From contig NC_058368.1 in the NCBI RefSeq assembly GCF_018350175.1, forward strand, positions 129,458,001 through 129,522,000: 64,000 bases of DNA, given 5' to 3'. Below, one piece after another: positions 26,136 to 39,219 of the stretch (the stretch's first letter is position 1; the number at the start of each line of letters is the position of its first letter). The stretch comes from Felis catus (Eukaryota). Position numbers and translations under genes: made by a program. The notes under the pieces are model-generated. The model was not told the DNA's origin, searched no databases, and worked only from the letters and a program-made list of their open reading frames with translations.

Positions 26136-26344
26136 TACTTGACCACAGTAATTCATTTTCTTGCTTTTTTTACACTGAGCAAATCTCTTCTAATAGTTCC
26201 TCTCTTGGTCTAAAACTGCTGCCCCAGCTCCTGCCTTCTCATTTCCTTCTCAGCCATAAAAGCAAGATAGATCTGCTTGCCTCCCATAGGTTAAAAATTA
26301 GCCATCTGGCCACACACATTAGTTAGGTAACCTGTAAAGTGTAA

Positions 26345-26348
26345 GTGT

Positions 26349-26386
<38 letters not shown>
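26345..26386. repeat. (TG)n microsatellite
   Basis: Directly visible, one interruption. Confidence 0.95.
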
Positions 26387-26389
<3 letters not shown>

Positions 26390-27490
26390 GACAGTCCGGC
26401 TAAACTTCAGGGGGAATTTATTAATACAAGAAGGAAAACAAATACATTTGAGGGAAAAATTAAGTATCTACTACATAGAGCGTGCCAAGCATACATGGCC
26501 CCATGGTGAGTCTCATTTAGTGTGATAGAATTTTAAAAGTAATGTTTTCTGGGGTTGTTATGGGCTCTTCTAAATGACTCCCAGAAAGTCAACAGGCAAT
26601 CGTTTTCCTGAACCACTCAGTTTCCAAAGAATTTTACTATATACAGGCTCACATTAAAGTGGGAGGTGCGGGACCATGTGAAGAAGTGGACATTGTGCTC
26701 ACATCCGTTTCAGAATATAATCAAGAGCCTTACTTTTCGAATCTTTTTTTGTCCTTCTAACCTCCTGTTCCCCCTAAACATTGGAGTTTGAAGCCCTTGG
26801 TCTTGGCTCTCACCCTGAAATTAGGGTGTATCACAGGGCCTTCAACTTTCTTCCTTTGGTAGGGCAGTTTTGAAAGAGAAAGCCTAATGAATGATGCAGG
26901 GCAAAGAGCAGTGGAAGCTGAGGAAGGAATCTATTTCATGGAAAAGCTGGGCACAAAAAGAGGGCATGCACACCCCATGATGGTGGCTGACACCATCATC
27001 TCCATTCCACTTAAATTTACTCTCCCTCTCATTGCAATTTCTGTCTTTTCAGTGGATTAGGAATAATCTGACCTTCTATCTTTTAAATACGTCTATAACG
27101 GTAGCCCTTTTATGGGACATTTGTGTGTGTTGACACGTATAAAAAGAAAATCTTAGGGCGTGTCATCTGGATTCTTTCAGTATTGAGAACACTGTGTTCT
27201 TTTTGGGGGAGTTTCTCAGGCAGCCCCGGTGGCCAAGCAAAAGAGCAGGGGGTGAGAAGAAAATCCTCCTGCTTAACCAGCAAGAGTCCTGGCCTGCCAC
27301 TTCACAAAGCCATGCCTTTCTCACTCTGCAGAGTAAAGCAGCAGCCCCCCAGGGCAATCTTGTCATTATACACAGCTGTCCTCTTACAAGGCTTGTATGC
27401 AGATTGAGATCATTTATCAACACTTACTTACCCAGGATGATGATGTTAAATACAGGAAAATTTGCTACCTTCAAAAAAGTGGATTGTCCA

Positions 27491-27704
27491 GGGGCACCTG
27501 GGTGGCTCAGTCGGTTGAGCGGCCGACTTCAGCTCAGGTCATGATCTCGCGGTCCGTGAGTTCGAGCCCCGCGTCGGGCTCTGTGCTGACAGCTCAGAGC
27601 CTGGAGTCTGTTTCGGATTCTGTGTCTCCCTCTCTCTGACCCTCCCCTGTTCATGCTCTGTCTCTCTCTGTCTCAAAAATAAATAAACGTTAAAAAAAAA
27701 ATTT
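27491..27704 (+). mobile_element. Young felid SINE (SINEC_Fc type)
   Basis: Full length, CpGs retained, flanked by the duplicated sequence aaaaaagtggattgt. Confidence 0.97.
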
Positions 27705-27993
27705 AAAAAAGTGGATTGTTCCTCCACTGAATTAGGTTTGGTCTGAGTAAGGGTATGGCTGAATACACAGCTCAGTCTCCAGACAGGAGTAAATGCTTCT
27801 CACCAGCCCTGTCTTGGTTATTCCAGGGTATAGTTATCCTTTGTTTCTAGTGTGTCAACAATGAACCACCCTTGCTCATCGTTTTAGTTCTGGAAATCTT
27901 TAGAACCTCATTTCTCCGGAGTTCAAATGCTCTGGAAAGCCCATTGCTTCATCCTTGTCCACGAATAATGATGCTAGCAAGAACACATCTTTA

Positions 27994-28212
27994 TTTTTTT
28001 TTAATTTTTTTTTCAACGTTTATTTTTGGGACAGAGAGAGACAGAGCATGAACGGGGGAGGGGCAGAGAGAGAGGGAGACAAAGAATCGGAAACAGGCTC
28101 CAGGCTCTGAGCCATCAGCCCAGAGCCTGACGCGGGGCTCGAACTCCCGGACCGCATGATCGTGACCTGGCTGAAGTCGGACGCTTAACCGACTGCGCCA
28201 CCCAGGCGCCCC
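27994..28212 (-). mobile_element. Young felid SINE (SINEC_Fc type)
   Basis: Full length, CpG-rich; perfect 15-bp TSD aagaacacatcttta at 27979-27993 and 28213-28227. Confidence 0.97.
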
Positions 28213-29449
28213 AAGAACACATCTTTAAAGAGCCATAGAGATGACATGGTTCCAGATCATGTATCCCAGACCATCAGATTACAAGCATCCCAGATCAGGT
28301 GGGCTGGGAGTTAAGGCCCCCTCCTCCCAGGCTTGGGACCCATGGCTGCTGGCCTCTACTGTGGGCCTCCATTGCAGCCTTTTCTGGTAGAATGACCTAA
28401 GATGATGTGGTATGGCCAAGGATCTTGGGGTATCTGACTTTGTCTGGACTTGTGATTCCTCCTCTTGTAACTTGACCTACCATAGTGGCCCAGCCCTGGG
28501 ACCAGACCTCTAGCTTTGGGCCTTCTCCTTACTTTTGACAGTTTTTCCACTTAGTCCCTAGTCCCCTGTAAGATCAGACCATACTGAAGCCTTTTGTTAG
28601 AAAACCAGTATGCTGTCCTCTTCCTGCTGGTATTCCAGGGCTGGAGTCCTGCCACTTAAACCCAGATTCCCAGAGAACACGCCAGTCTTTTGGGTACTGA
28701 ACCTCATTTTCCATGAGAAAAACATTGGCTGGTATTTGTTGAATGTATGTACCAGGCCCTGTGCTAGGATTTGCTCTGTTGGTGACAGAGTATCCTACAT
28801 GTATAGGTTTTAACCTTCACTTCCCTTACCTTAAACATAAGTGTTACTCTAGTCAAGTGGTATCATATGGACATTTAACTTAGGCTAATTCAAGTATACA
28901 TGCTCTCTCCAAAGTGAAAATAGATAAGACATTATCCATGCATAATTCTTACGTACTTTGAATGTTTACCGTATGTACTTCTATTTACTCTTTGTACTAT
29001 ATATTTATAAATACATAATATGGCATATTAAAAACCCTAGGCCTAGGGCCAACTATTGCTAAAAAGCTCCTGAATTTCAAGGAAGCTCTTCACTGTCTCC
29101 TCAACCATGTTCAAACCCCATCCCACTTAGCCTGCGCCACCAGGCAAATGTCCCCAAGTTCTTGCTCAAACATTTTACCACCAAATCCATAGCACAATGG
29201 ATGCATGATGCCTGAGGCGCCAGATGACTAATATACCAGCAAGGGCATGGTCTTCTCTGACACACTGAGTAAAGCATTAAAGGCCACCTAGATTAGTTAG
29301 TTTGGACACCACGGTTTTAAATGGCTCTGAACAGAGGGAAATGGTCAGCATTTTGCAGCTAACTCTAAAGAGGCACTCTCTGAATGCTTTACTGGGAGAT
29401 CCAGAATTTTCATGACTCCCATCTTCCACTCTGTTCTGAATTCTCATCC

Positions 29450-29590
29450 TACCTGTACTTACAACTAATTACCGTGAGTTTGAGTAAATCTCCTCACCCT
29501 TCTGGGACTCTGTGTCCATTCCTGTGTACTGAGGTGGTTGAACCAGACGGTCTTTCTTGTCCCTTCCAGGTCTAACACCTTGTAGTTCTT
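29450..29590 (+). mobile_element. MIR3/L3-type 3' fragment
   Basis: ggttgaaccagacggtctttcttgtcccttccaggtctaac. Confidence 0.55.
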
Positions 29591-30807
29591 TCCACCAAAA
29601 AAAAAGTTTCCCACTATGCAGCTGGTTCCCATCATCGCCCCCAGTTGGGCCCAAAGCTTCCTAGAGAGCTTTAGTGCAGGACTTGATGGGAGGTCTTCCC
29701 CCATCTTACCTGTGGTGGTTCTTCCACACCACATCCTGTGGCTGTTACCTGCTGTGCTGCTGGTGGAATCTGGGGTCCCCCACACTCGCGATAGGGGACC
29801 CTGTCTAGAATGAAAGCTGTGGTGGGTGTCACTGCAGAAAATGACCTCTGTCCCATCAGGGGGGCAGTGGCATGTGTCTTCATATATTTTGATCCATTTA
29901 TTTCATACTTCTCTACAGAAGTCCAAAAGAGAGAAAGAGGGAGGGAGGGAGGAAAGCCACAGAAAGATGAAACACGATAGAAGGTCAATTTGAGTTTGTT
30001 TCTGGGTATAAGATAGTTTCACAGTGGAAAAATTATGATAGATGTGGATAACATTTCATCTTTAAAAAATTCAGACTGTTTAAGGCCAGGGGCACCATAC
30101 AGAGAGTTCTTGCATCTGGGCTTCCTCTCCTGTAACTCAGACCGGTAACGTGGATGAATCTGAAGGCAAAACTTGATAGGACCATTTACTTGCTCTCTGC
30201 ATCCATGCTGCTCTGGGACCAGATGTTTTCTGACTTCTCTGAACTAACACATTTCATCAAACTGATTTGATGTGCTTCTCTGCCCAGCCGTTAGCAGGCC
30301 ATCTCCCGGGACTGCCTAAAAGCAGATTACCCTCCTGCTCCTTGTGAATTTGCATCCAGATGAAATCCAGTCCAAGAAAACAGCAGGGCAGTCTTAAAAA
30401 TGGAACAACAAAGAGATTTTACAAGAGGGCAACCAGCTGCATGAGGAACAGAGGAGAAAAAGAAGAGGGAATTGGCCAGTGCTTTGGCTGACATTAAGTG
30501 ACTCCTCAGGACTAGGAGGCCAGCTGGCCACCTTCTGCGCAAGAATCCGCTTCGACTGGCATCTCCCCGACAGGGTGTCTCTGGGCTCCTACCTCCTTCC
30601 CCAAACTCTTGGCAGCTGGAAATACTTTCTCTTTCTCCCTGCCCTCTCTCAGTGCACTGCCTGCTGGTAGACTGTCAGCTGTTAGAACATCCCCTTTTGG
30701 GCTGTAAATTCCTAGAGAGCGGGGATTACTTGGTAATCCTTAGATAACTTCTAACTAAATACAAGGTAATACAAATATATGTAATTTTTAAGTGTATGTA
30801 CACATTA

Positions 30808-30809
<2 letters not shown>

Positions 30810-30852
<43 letters not shown>

Positions 30853-30876
30853 CACACACATACACACATACACACT
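30810..30876. repeat. Compound (TA)n/(CA)n microsatellite
   Basis: Directly visible. Confidence 0.95.
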
Positions 30877-31066
30877 CACTCTTGCTTAGTGCCTGAAATA
30901 CAAGAACAACTTGATCACTATTTGGTAAAACAAAGAATGGAGGGATAAGAGGCACACAGTCAGTTTCTGACCTCCTTGCTGTTCTCTCATCCTATTTGCT
31001 TTTGTTTTTTCTTAAAGGGTTAATTTAGTGAAAAGGCAAAAACTCCTAAAATAAAAAGAGCATGAC

Positions 31067-31444
31067 TGTCTCATCAGCTCAGGCTGCCGTCACAAAGTAC
31101 CATAGACAGGGTGGCTTAAACAGAGACCGTGATTTTCTCTCATGGTTTCGGAGACTGGCAGTCTAAGATCAGGGTGCTGACAGGGCTGGTTTCTGGTGAG
31201 GTCCCTTTTCCTGACTGAGACAAGGCCACGTTGCTCTGTGCTCACAGGGCCTTTCCTCAGTGCCTTCGCAAGGGCAGAGTTTGAGTCTTTTCTTAGAAGG
31301 TTCACTAATCCCATCATGGGGGCCCACCCTCATGTCCCTCTCAACCTAATTGCCTCCCAAAGTCCCCATCTCCAAATCCCATCATATTGGTGGTTAGGGC
31401 TTCAACATAGGAATTTGGGGAGATGCAAACATTCTGTTCTTAAC
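31067..31444 (-). mobile_element. MLT1A-type MaLR solo LTR
   Basis: caggctgccgtcacaaagtaccatagacagggtggcttaaac...gttagggcttcaacataggaatttgggg. Confidence 0.85.
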
Positions 31445-34400
31445 TTCTCAGCTAGCCTCCAGCCACATTTGGTGGTTAGCCTCGCTGCCACTCTGCTGCT
31501 GCCCCTCTGCTCATCTCTTGGATTTGAGAAGCGCGAATAGAATGTGCTAGAAGGGACCGGCTCACCCCCATCCCCTGCATGCTCTGTGCAGCAATTCCCT
31601 TCTTGAGAGAATCTCTCCACCAGCAGATTAGAAGTTCAAAAAGACTCTGCTCATTGCTGACCTGAGTAGAATCGTGCCAGCTGATAAGGCAAGGCAGCTA
31701 TGGGGCTGCAGCTAGAGGCTGGTCAGGGAAGGGCTGGGAGCTGCTTCCCGCCACCTCCCCCACCCCGCCATCCCTGGGCACACAATCTGGTGGATTATTG
31801 ACAACGCTGAGTGATGTGGATGGCATTTATTAGTTTTCAATAGCTACTATAAAATGAACTTCACTCCATCTGCAAAATTAGGATTCAGAAGCAGCCCTGA
31901 ATATTAAAATATTTGTGGCTGCTCCTGCTATTATATAAGATTTTATATTTTATCAGCTCCCCATGGGACTAGGAGTATAAATTAAGATATATATTTAGAA
32001 GGCAGTAAATAAACTTAGGAAAGCAGCAGTACAATTAATGAATGGACAGAAAATTGCATGTGGGAGGAGAAATAGGTTTGCTGCATAGAGAGTCAGAAGC
32101 TAACTGGGGTCTAAACACTCTCCTGTCATTATCATGAAGATAGTAATAGCAAAAAATAATATACTGAAATTCATAAGAAATTTTTTTTAGCAAAATGGAT
32201 AAACAATTCTATGAGAGATCCAGCAAGTGATAGACTTCCTCCCCCATCCCATTGGGCTATAGAACTTGTCTCATTATTCAGAAGCATCATATAGTATTCT
32301 CTCCAACAGAGCAAATGTTTTAATCAAAAGAATTCCGTAGAAACCATTCCAAGTCCTTATTCGACTGCCACCCAATATTTTAGCATAATTACTATATGTG
32401 TCACTTTCTCTTTACCCCACATTCCTACTGAGGACCCAATCATAGCAGATTCAAAGATGCAATAGTAAATCAGGGCAATCACTATCTCTACAAAATCCGC
32501 AGGCAGGCAGGTTTGACTCACAGACCCTTCCTGGATAGCACTGTCACCCACTGAATGAGTGGTGCTCACTCTGGTGGTGGCCCTGGGGCAGGACTGCTGG
32601 TAGAGGGACAAGCCCCTCACTCTGGTAAGATTTTGAGGAAACTGCAGTTCTTAGATTTGTCTGGAAAGTTCCCTTTTACATCCCTCCTTCTTGCCCTTAG
32701 AGATAATACACAGAAAAGATGTGTCTCCTCTTTTCTAGCAAGGAAATGCTGTGTCAAACCATGTTTATTTATGAAGCCTGTGATCAGGTCTGATGCCTCA
32801 GAGCGAGTGGGTATTAGACTATGATGCTGACAGTCATCAGTCTGGGCCCCACCCCCACTAGGCTGGCCCTCACGACCAAGTCTAGGAGTCAGACATGCAT
32901 AGAGAGAGGAAGCCCTGGGTTACAACATGAATATTTTCACATTGTGGCTGCCTAGGATGAGGCCACCACTCATGCCCTCACCCCATCTCCCAAAACTGCT
33001 CTTGTCTTCCAATGCACTTCCGCATCAATCAAGCCTGGCCCAGGGACGCAGGGCTCTCTGGACGAGTCTTTGAAATGCTGCTTGTACTAATGGCAGTGAG
33101 AGCCTTAGGAGGCCATTCCCTGAAGTATCACTGAACTGAAACATAATCCAAAAGATAGAAAAGGCTTTGGACTACTGCTTGATATTACAACAGAAATAAT
33201 CATGGTAATAGCTTGCCTTCTCCTTGATACCTTTCATTCAGTAATATCAAGCAATTTGTACACAAGTAATTAAGAAAACACTCCTTTGTGGTAAGTTGCT
33301 AATTTAGCTCCCATTTTAAAGAGAGACAGAAAGAGGCTTAATGATTTTCCCCTGGGGAGACCCAGAGTAGGTAGCAACAGCATTGGGTATGCAGTGATTT
33401 GTGGCAAAAGATCTCTCCTTGTTCGTCTCTAATCCCCAATATTGGGCTCACAAAATTGCTTCGGAGCAGAGTTGGTCTTAAGTCTCTTGGGTGGTGTTGC
33501 CGTGTTCTATTCAAGAGCCGCCTGGTTCTGCTGTGGAGGCAGCTGCTTTTCATAGCTGTTGGTGAATATTTTTGTACTCTCCTTTCATCACATGATGTAT
33601 ATCATTCCCCTCGCTGGCATTTCCAATCACTGAGAGCAGCAGAACCACGGAATGAAATGGAGCACTGTAATTTTTCCCCCTCATTGATCTGGGGTGGGGA
33701 GGGAGAGATGGGGGGGAGGGGAATGGGTAAGGTGAAATGGTCTTTCAAATCTCTTAACCGCAGCACAATCCTATGTTTCTCGTACCTCGGAACTGCTTAT
33801 TCAAGCTTTCGCATCTCTCTATTTCGCCTGCCCTCCGCCAGTCTCCTCAGCTGGCCCAGGCTTCTCCTCCTCCTGGACAGCCAGAGTCTTCTGTGACCTA
33901 GGGGGTGCCAGGAACCTGAGTGACTCAGGCACAGGGCCCCCATCTCTGCTTGTTTTTCCTCTTGCCCCTTCCTGCTCACAAGCTCCACTGTGGGTCAGAA
34001 AGAAGTTTTGGAATGGGAGCAGGAAATGCCATCTGATATTAGAGATGGGACTCTTTGATAGTAGTGGTCATTGTTTGTACTTATCCTTTTCATGTTGAAA
34101 TGCTGCGTGTGGAGGCTGCTGTTGCTGCTGCAAGATAGGTCATTAAATTTCTATCTCATTCATGTGAAATTTAAGCTGACAAAGGGGAAAAGACGAGATT
34201 GCTCTGAAACGCATTTTTCACTCTGAGCCCGACCCGGAACTTTGAGAATTTTGGGTGGAGGTATACAATTTCTTGGTGAGAGAGACAGAACTTGGAGGTA
34301 GAAAACAGAATTTATGGTTGCTATTAAAGTGGTTGCTGGGGTTCTTGAAGGTAGGTATGAGTTGTGTTCTTAAATATCGTCAATAATTACAGCAGTAATT

Positions 34401-34647
34401 AGCACAGGTAGGCACACGTGAAAGTGTAACATGCAAGTAGATAAATATACTGGCAACTGTATCAATAAAGCACTTGCAAACATAAATTACTATATAAATG
34501 CTAATTAATTACATAAGCAGGCATACAGGATGGGATGGTTATTCATATTACTGCTGCAAAGATAAACAGGCAAACAAACTGGCAACGCATCCATTTGAGA
34601 ACGTGGCTTCTCCCTGCCTCCCTTCCTCGGCCTCCTGTGATGGCTAG

Positions 34648-34975
34648 CCACTGTCCAACCTGAGAGCCACTGGCCACATGTGGCTAATGAGCACTTCAAA
34701 CGTTGCTAGTCCCAGATGAGACGTGCTGCAGGTGTAAAATACACAACCAGATTTTGAAGGCTTAGTTTGTAAAAAGCGGGGGGGGGGGGGGGGACTGAAA
34801 AAATAGAGAATATTTCCTTAATAATTTTTATATTGATTACAAATGGAAGTAATGATAGTTTGGATAACTTGAGTTAAACAAAATATATTATTAAAATTGA
34901 TTTTACATCTTTGTTTTTACTTTTTTAACCTGGCCACAAGAAAAGTAAAAGTTTCATTTGTGGCTCGCCTTTGGG
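34648..34975 (-). mobile_element. MER33 hAT-Charlie DNA transposon, near full length
   Basis: ctgtccaa...gccacatgtggctaatgagcactt...tgtaaaatacacaaccagattttgaaggcttagt...tgtggctcgc. Confidence 0.85.
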
Positions 34976-37333
34976 ACCTGAAGTACTTTTTGTTGTTGTT
35001 GTTAATATAGGCCACTTTATTTAGTAAAATTTTACAAAATTCACTGTCTCAGCCAGAACCAGAGAAAACTCACTCACAGTCAGAGGGGAGGGCCTGACAC
35101 AGAGAGAGGCCGCTGGATGGGCAGTGGTGCAGATGAGCCCTTACAGGGCTCTGTGGAAAGACCAGGCCTTGGCTTTCCCACCCGAGTGCACCCTGCCCGA
35201 GGTGTGATGGTAATGCATTCAGTACCTGAGCTTCCTGAGCACCTGACTGGCTGCCTGCTGGTGACAGTCCCAACTGAGAGCCAGGCCACCCTGGTGCGCC
35301 CCTGGAAGTGTCAACACAGGCAGCCAGGCTTGTGGTCCCTCACCCGGCACCCCCAGGGGCCAGCAGCACCTACGCCCGGCAGAGGGCCCCCGATGCCACC
35401 TTGGTTGACCTCCAAGGTTCCCGTTGAGACGGGCTCTGCCGAAGGACACACTCTTCTGAAGCGATCAGACCGCACCGTGTACCCGTGGGCACAGATCAGG
35501 TTTGCACGGGGTTCCCAGGAAACTGGCCTGGGGTTGGAGAAACACCCCCCAGAAGAAAGTTCTGGTTTCCAGTACCAAACCAAACCAGGAAGAGAATGTA
35601 AGATTCCTCGTAAAAATGCAAAGTACTCCCGTTTTAGCAAACGTCACTCTGAAACAAGGTCGTTTTTAGGTTACGGGGAGTGAAAATCTTTTTCTTTGGA
35701 ATTGCGACATATTTCCCACTGTGGTGTAAGGGAGTTGAAGTACATTTTTATTGGATGCTGCTCCCCTGGACAGTTGAACCTGTTTACAAGGCAGAGAGAA
35801 GGAGGGTACAGCTAGGGCTCCTTGGGCCGTGTTCCTCTGCTGTAAGTGTCCTGCCTATGACATGTAAAGGAGAATTTACTGAAGCTACTTGTCCATGCTG
35901 TGAAAGATGGTGGTAAACCAAGCAGGTATGCAACCCTCAGCACCCTGGGATAGCCACCTTTCGGGGCACCAGACACTTAGTAAAAAAGAGGCCTGACATT
36001 TAGGCTGCTTATCTGCAAAAGGAGGACGCAAATCATGGGATTAACCTTGTGCATTTTGGTAGGCACCCGTCTTAGTGCCAAACCTGCCAGCTAATTATTC
36101 CTGAGGGAGGAGCGGGGCTGACCTTGGAGTGGGAAAAGGAAATACTTGTTTGGTGGAACTTGGGCAACAGTTTGCCTGAGAATTCACCACATGCGGGCTT
36201 TCAGGGCACCTATTTGTCTTGAAGAATTGCCAGAATTCATTCGTAAACTCTATCACCTGATACAGTGTTTAATTGTCGGATAAATGTTGATAATTGGGAA
36301 CTCTGAGGTATGGTGCTGTAGTCTTGGCTGGGTTATTTAGAGCCCTTGAATTCTTATTTGCATGTTATTTGCATAAGCTTCCATACTAACTTCAGAAGGC
36401 TGTAACTTTATGCACAATTAAATTAGATTAAATTAATGAGTGCAACGCCCTACAATTATGTGCAGATCTGATATTTGAAAATTAATGAATTTGGCAAATG
36501 TACAAGAGAAATCATGAATATACAAACTGTATGGAACTGTTAACATGCCCTCTCTTTTGACAGGACAAACCCCTATGGGTCACCAGGTCCAGGAGATTAT
36601 TTTTAAACGTCCTGCCTTCCTTAGAGATGTTTATCTTTCCAAACACTTAGTGCTCATCTGGTCCAGTCTCACCCTGACCCAGATTGAGCAATGAGGGATG
36701 GAAGGCCCAGAAAGGAAATGGTTTTATCCAAGATAACATAACCGCTAGAGGCTGACCCGGGACTCAAATGTCCCCTGGCCAGGCCCGCTCCCCACAGGAG
36801 TGGTATCTGGGCCTCAAGAACTATAGGAGGCTCACGTACTCTAGCACTGGACACGTAAATGTTGCAAGTCAAGCCAGCCAACAAGCCTGTCCCTTTCCCT
36901 TGTCACACACACCTTCCTAACATCCCCATAGACCAGGCTCCCTGCTGCAATGGTGAGATTTCTCTGGGTACCCAGGATGGGCACTCTGGAAGGGCATGTG
37001 CCATTGGCCCTGCAGATTGCTGTCCTGTGACAGAGATGGAGCCCAGAAGAGTGCCGGAGCCGGGTCCTCTGAAGCACAGCGTGGCAGGGCACCCCTGCCA
37101 GCTTTTAGTGGGAGTTCTTCCAGCCTGGTTCCCAGGCTGCATGTTATTTCCATGCTACTGCACTTGTTTCTACACCATGTAATGGACATATAGCTCCGTT
37201 TTACCTCAATAATAATAATCCTGACAACGGAAGAAGTTTTTTAGGTCTCAGGAAACAACAACAAAAAGCCAAGGTGCTAACTTCCTTAGGGCTTTCACAT
37301 TTCATTACTTGTCCTGTGTTGCCCCACAAGCAT

Positions 37334-37416
37334 GTGCGTGCACACTCACGCACACGCACATACACGCATTGCATGAGCACACACACACACACACACACAC
37401 ACAAATACACACACAC
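37334..37416. repeat. Imperfect (CA)n microsatellite
   Basis: Directly visible. Confidence 0.9.
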
Positions 37417-39219
37417 CTGGGCAACCCTACAAGTCAAGTCAGGAATTCTCCTCAAGGCACAGTAATCAAACTCTTTCCCATCATTTGTTTGTTTGTATTG
37501 AATCACTAGAACTATCCTGATTTGCATGTTGTTTTCATAAATTTGCATAGTGCATTCAAGGGGCCCTGTCTCTTGAGCCTCCCATACTGCCATAGAAGTG
37601 CGGCCAGCTTTCCTGTGTTCGAAAGGAACACAAAGGAATGCTTTATTTCTGTGAGTATTTTTTACAATGAAGCTTTTAAATGGTACAGAACATAGAAGGA
37701 TTTTGTTTTAATTAAAGTATCATTGTGAGGGATTTTTGTAAAGTCATCCCTTTCTGACTGTGGTCACTGAGCAGCTTGGAAGCATGAGAGTGAGTGAACA
37801 AGGCAGGTTCAGAATGTCCCGCTCTGGGAGGGATATTTTTAAATGATCCATGTGGGACAATGACCAGAAATGCTCTCAGGATTTCTGTCCTCTTAGCCTC
37901 TGAAATCCTGCTTTCCGGGTAGTTTGCACAACAAAACTCGCAGGGTGATGCTGTCACCTTGCTGCAGACCCCAGCCCACCTGGCTTGGCTCATTGCTCAC
38001 TCGTTTAGTGAAGTTTGGACAACAGTGTGAACAGTATGCGCCTGTTCAGGCTTCGGTTTCGGAATAATGACTACACTGTGTATGTATGACCACCTGATCT
38101 TAATCATTCAAAAGATTGAAGACAAAGGTTATCAGCCCTGTACATGAATATGGTATTGAGACTCTTGTTGAAAATGCAATCCTACGGGCACAGCCCTCTC
38201 CGTCTCCTACATAATGGCCTGGCCTGTATGCAGTCCCTCCCTCCCTGTCTCCAACCTAATAAGCCATCCATTTACCTTTGCCATGTTTCTTTTGCCCTGT
38301 CACAATGAACCATTCACTGAAGTAAAAGGCAAGAGGAAGGGCTGGGGGATGGGGCCCAATACCTCATTGGTTCTCCAGCCACTGTGCAAGGAATGGCCAA
38401 CACAGGAAATGGAGCAAATGAAAGTTTACCCAAGGAGAGGGAGAAAGAACCGAGAAGAACACAAAGACGGTGACCTTCCTCTGGGCCATTGCTCTGGGAA
38501 CTGGTATGGCCCGCGGGTCATAAATTAGGGATTTCTTTGCAGTGGAGGGGTGGGTGGCAGACCACCAGCCTGGGACTTGGTAAGAGGCGAGGAGTAGGGA
38601 GGGTGCAGGAGGGCGGGACTGGACTCCTGACTCAGCCATGACTGGCTCTTTGCTCCCGCCCAATTTGCTTAGCCTTTCAGCCTGACTTTCTGGAACTCTA
38701 AAACTGGAATAATAATATTGTAACATCCTTGCTTTATTAAACAGCATAGTAGAGAGGATGGAATAATTTCATGCATTGTTTTTGAGAGAAACTTAGGTTG
38801 GCCGTTTATGGGACTGTGTTCTCCACACTTTACTTGGCCTCTCACAAATGGACTGGAAAAGGATACTGAACTCTTTGGTTACTCTTTGTTGTTGTTGTTT
38901 TTAAGTCAGTCCCTGAACATTTCTGGATATTCTACCACCTATTCCACCTGCCATATGTAAACTGCAGTATACAAAGTCACCAAGTGCCCTGTTTATTCCA
39001 GGCACCCTCCAGGCCCTGTCACCCCCTCAGGGGCCTGCTGCTAAGGTCCCAGCAGGAATCAGGGCTGAGGCCATTGTGAGTGGGGCGAAGAGAGGGTCAT
39101 CGATTTTCAAGTCGTAACCGTAAATGCTTCATATTTGTGAGTATGAGCATATCTGTGCAGAATAATACATCTCCCAAATACCATATTAGAATATGGTAGC
39201 ATTAAAAGGCCATGGTGCA

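Noticed and set aside
27491..27575. tRNA-like A/B boxes
   Set aside because: They are the heads of tRNA-derived SINEs, not tRNA genes.
29853..29868. CTCF-like ccatcaggggggcag; weaker matches near 42550 and 47303
   Set aside because: Mismatches at core positions; not distinguishable from chance without a PWM scan or ChIP.
31306..31316. DUX-like TAATCCCATCA in the MLT1A LTR
   Set aside because: It mismatches the AATCA core and appears to be ordinary LTR sequence.
33399..33896. 165-aa ORF
   Set aside because: Non-ATG start, random-looking composition and no recognisable family.
35117..35683. Longest ORF (188 aa) in a GC-richer patch
   Set aside because: No recognisable domain, ORFs overlap in several frames as expected for GC-rich DNA, and CpG density is too low for an island.
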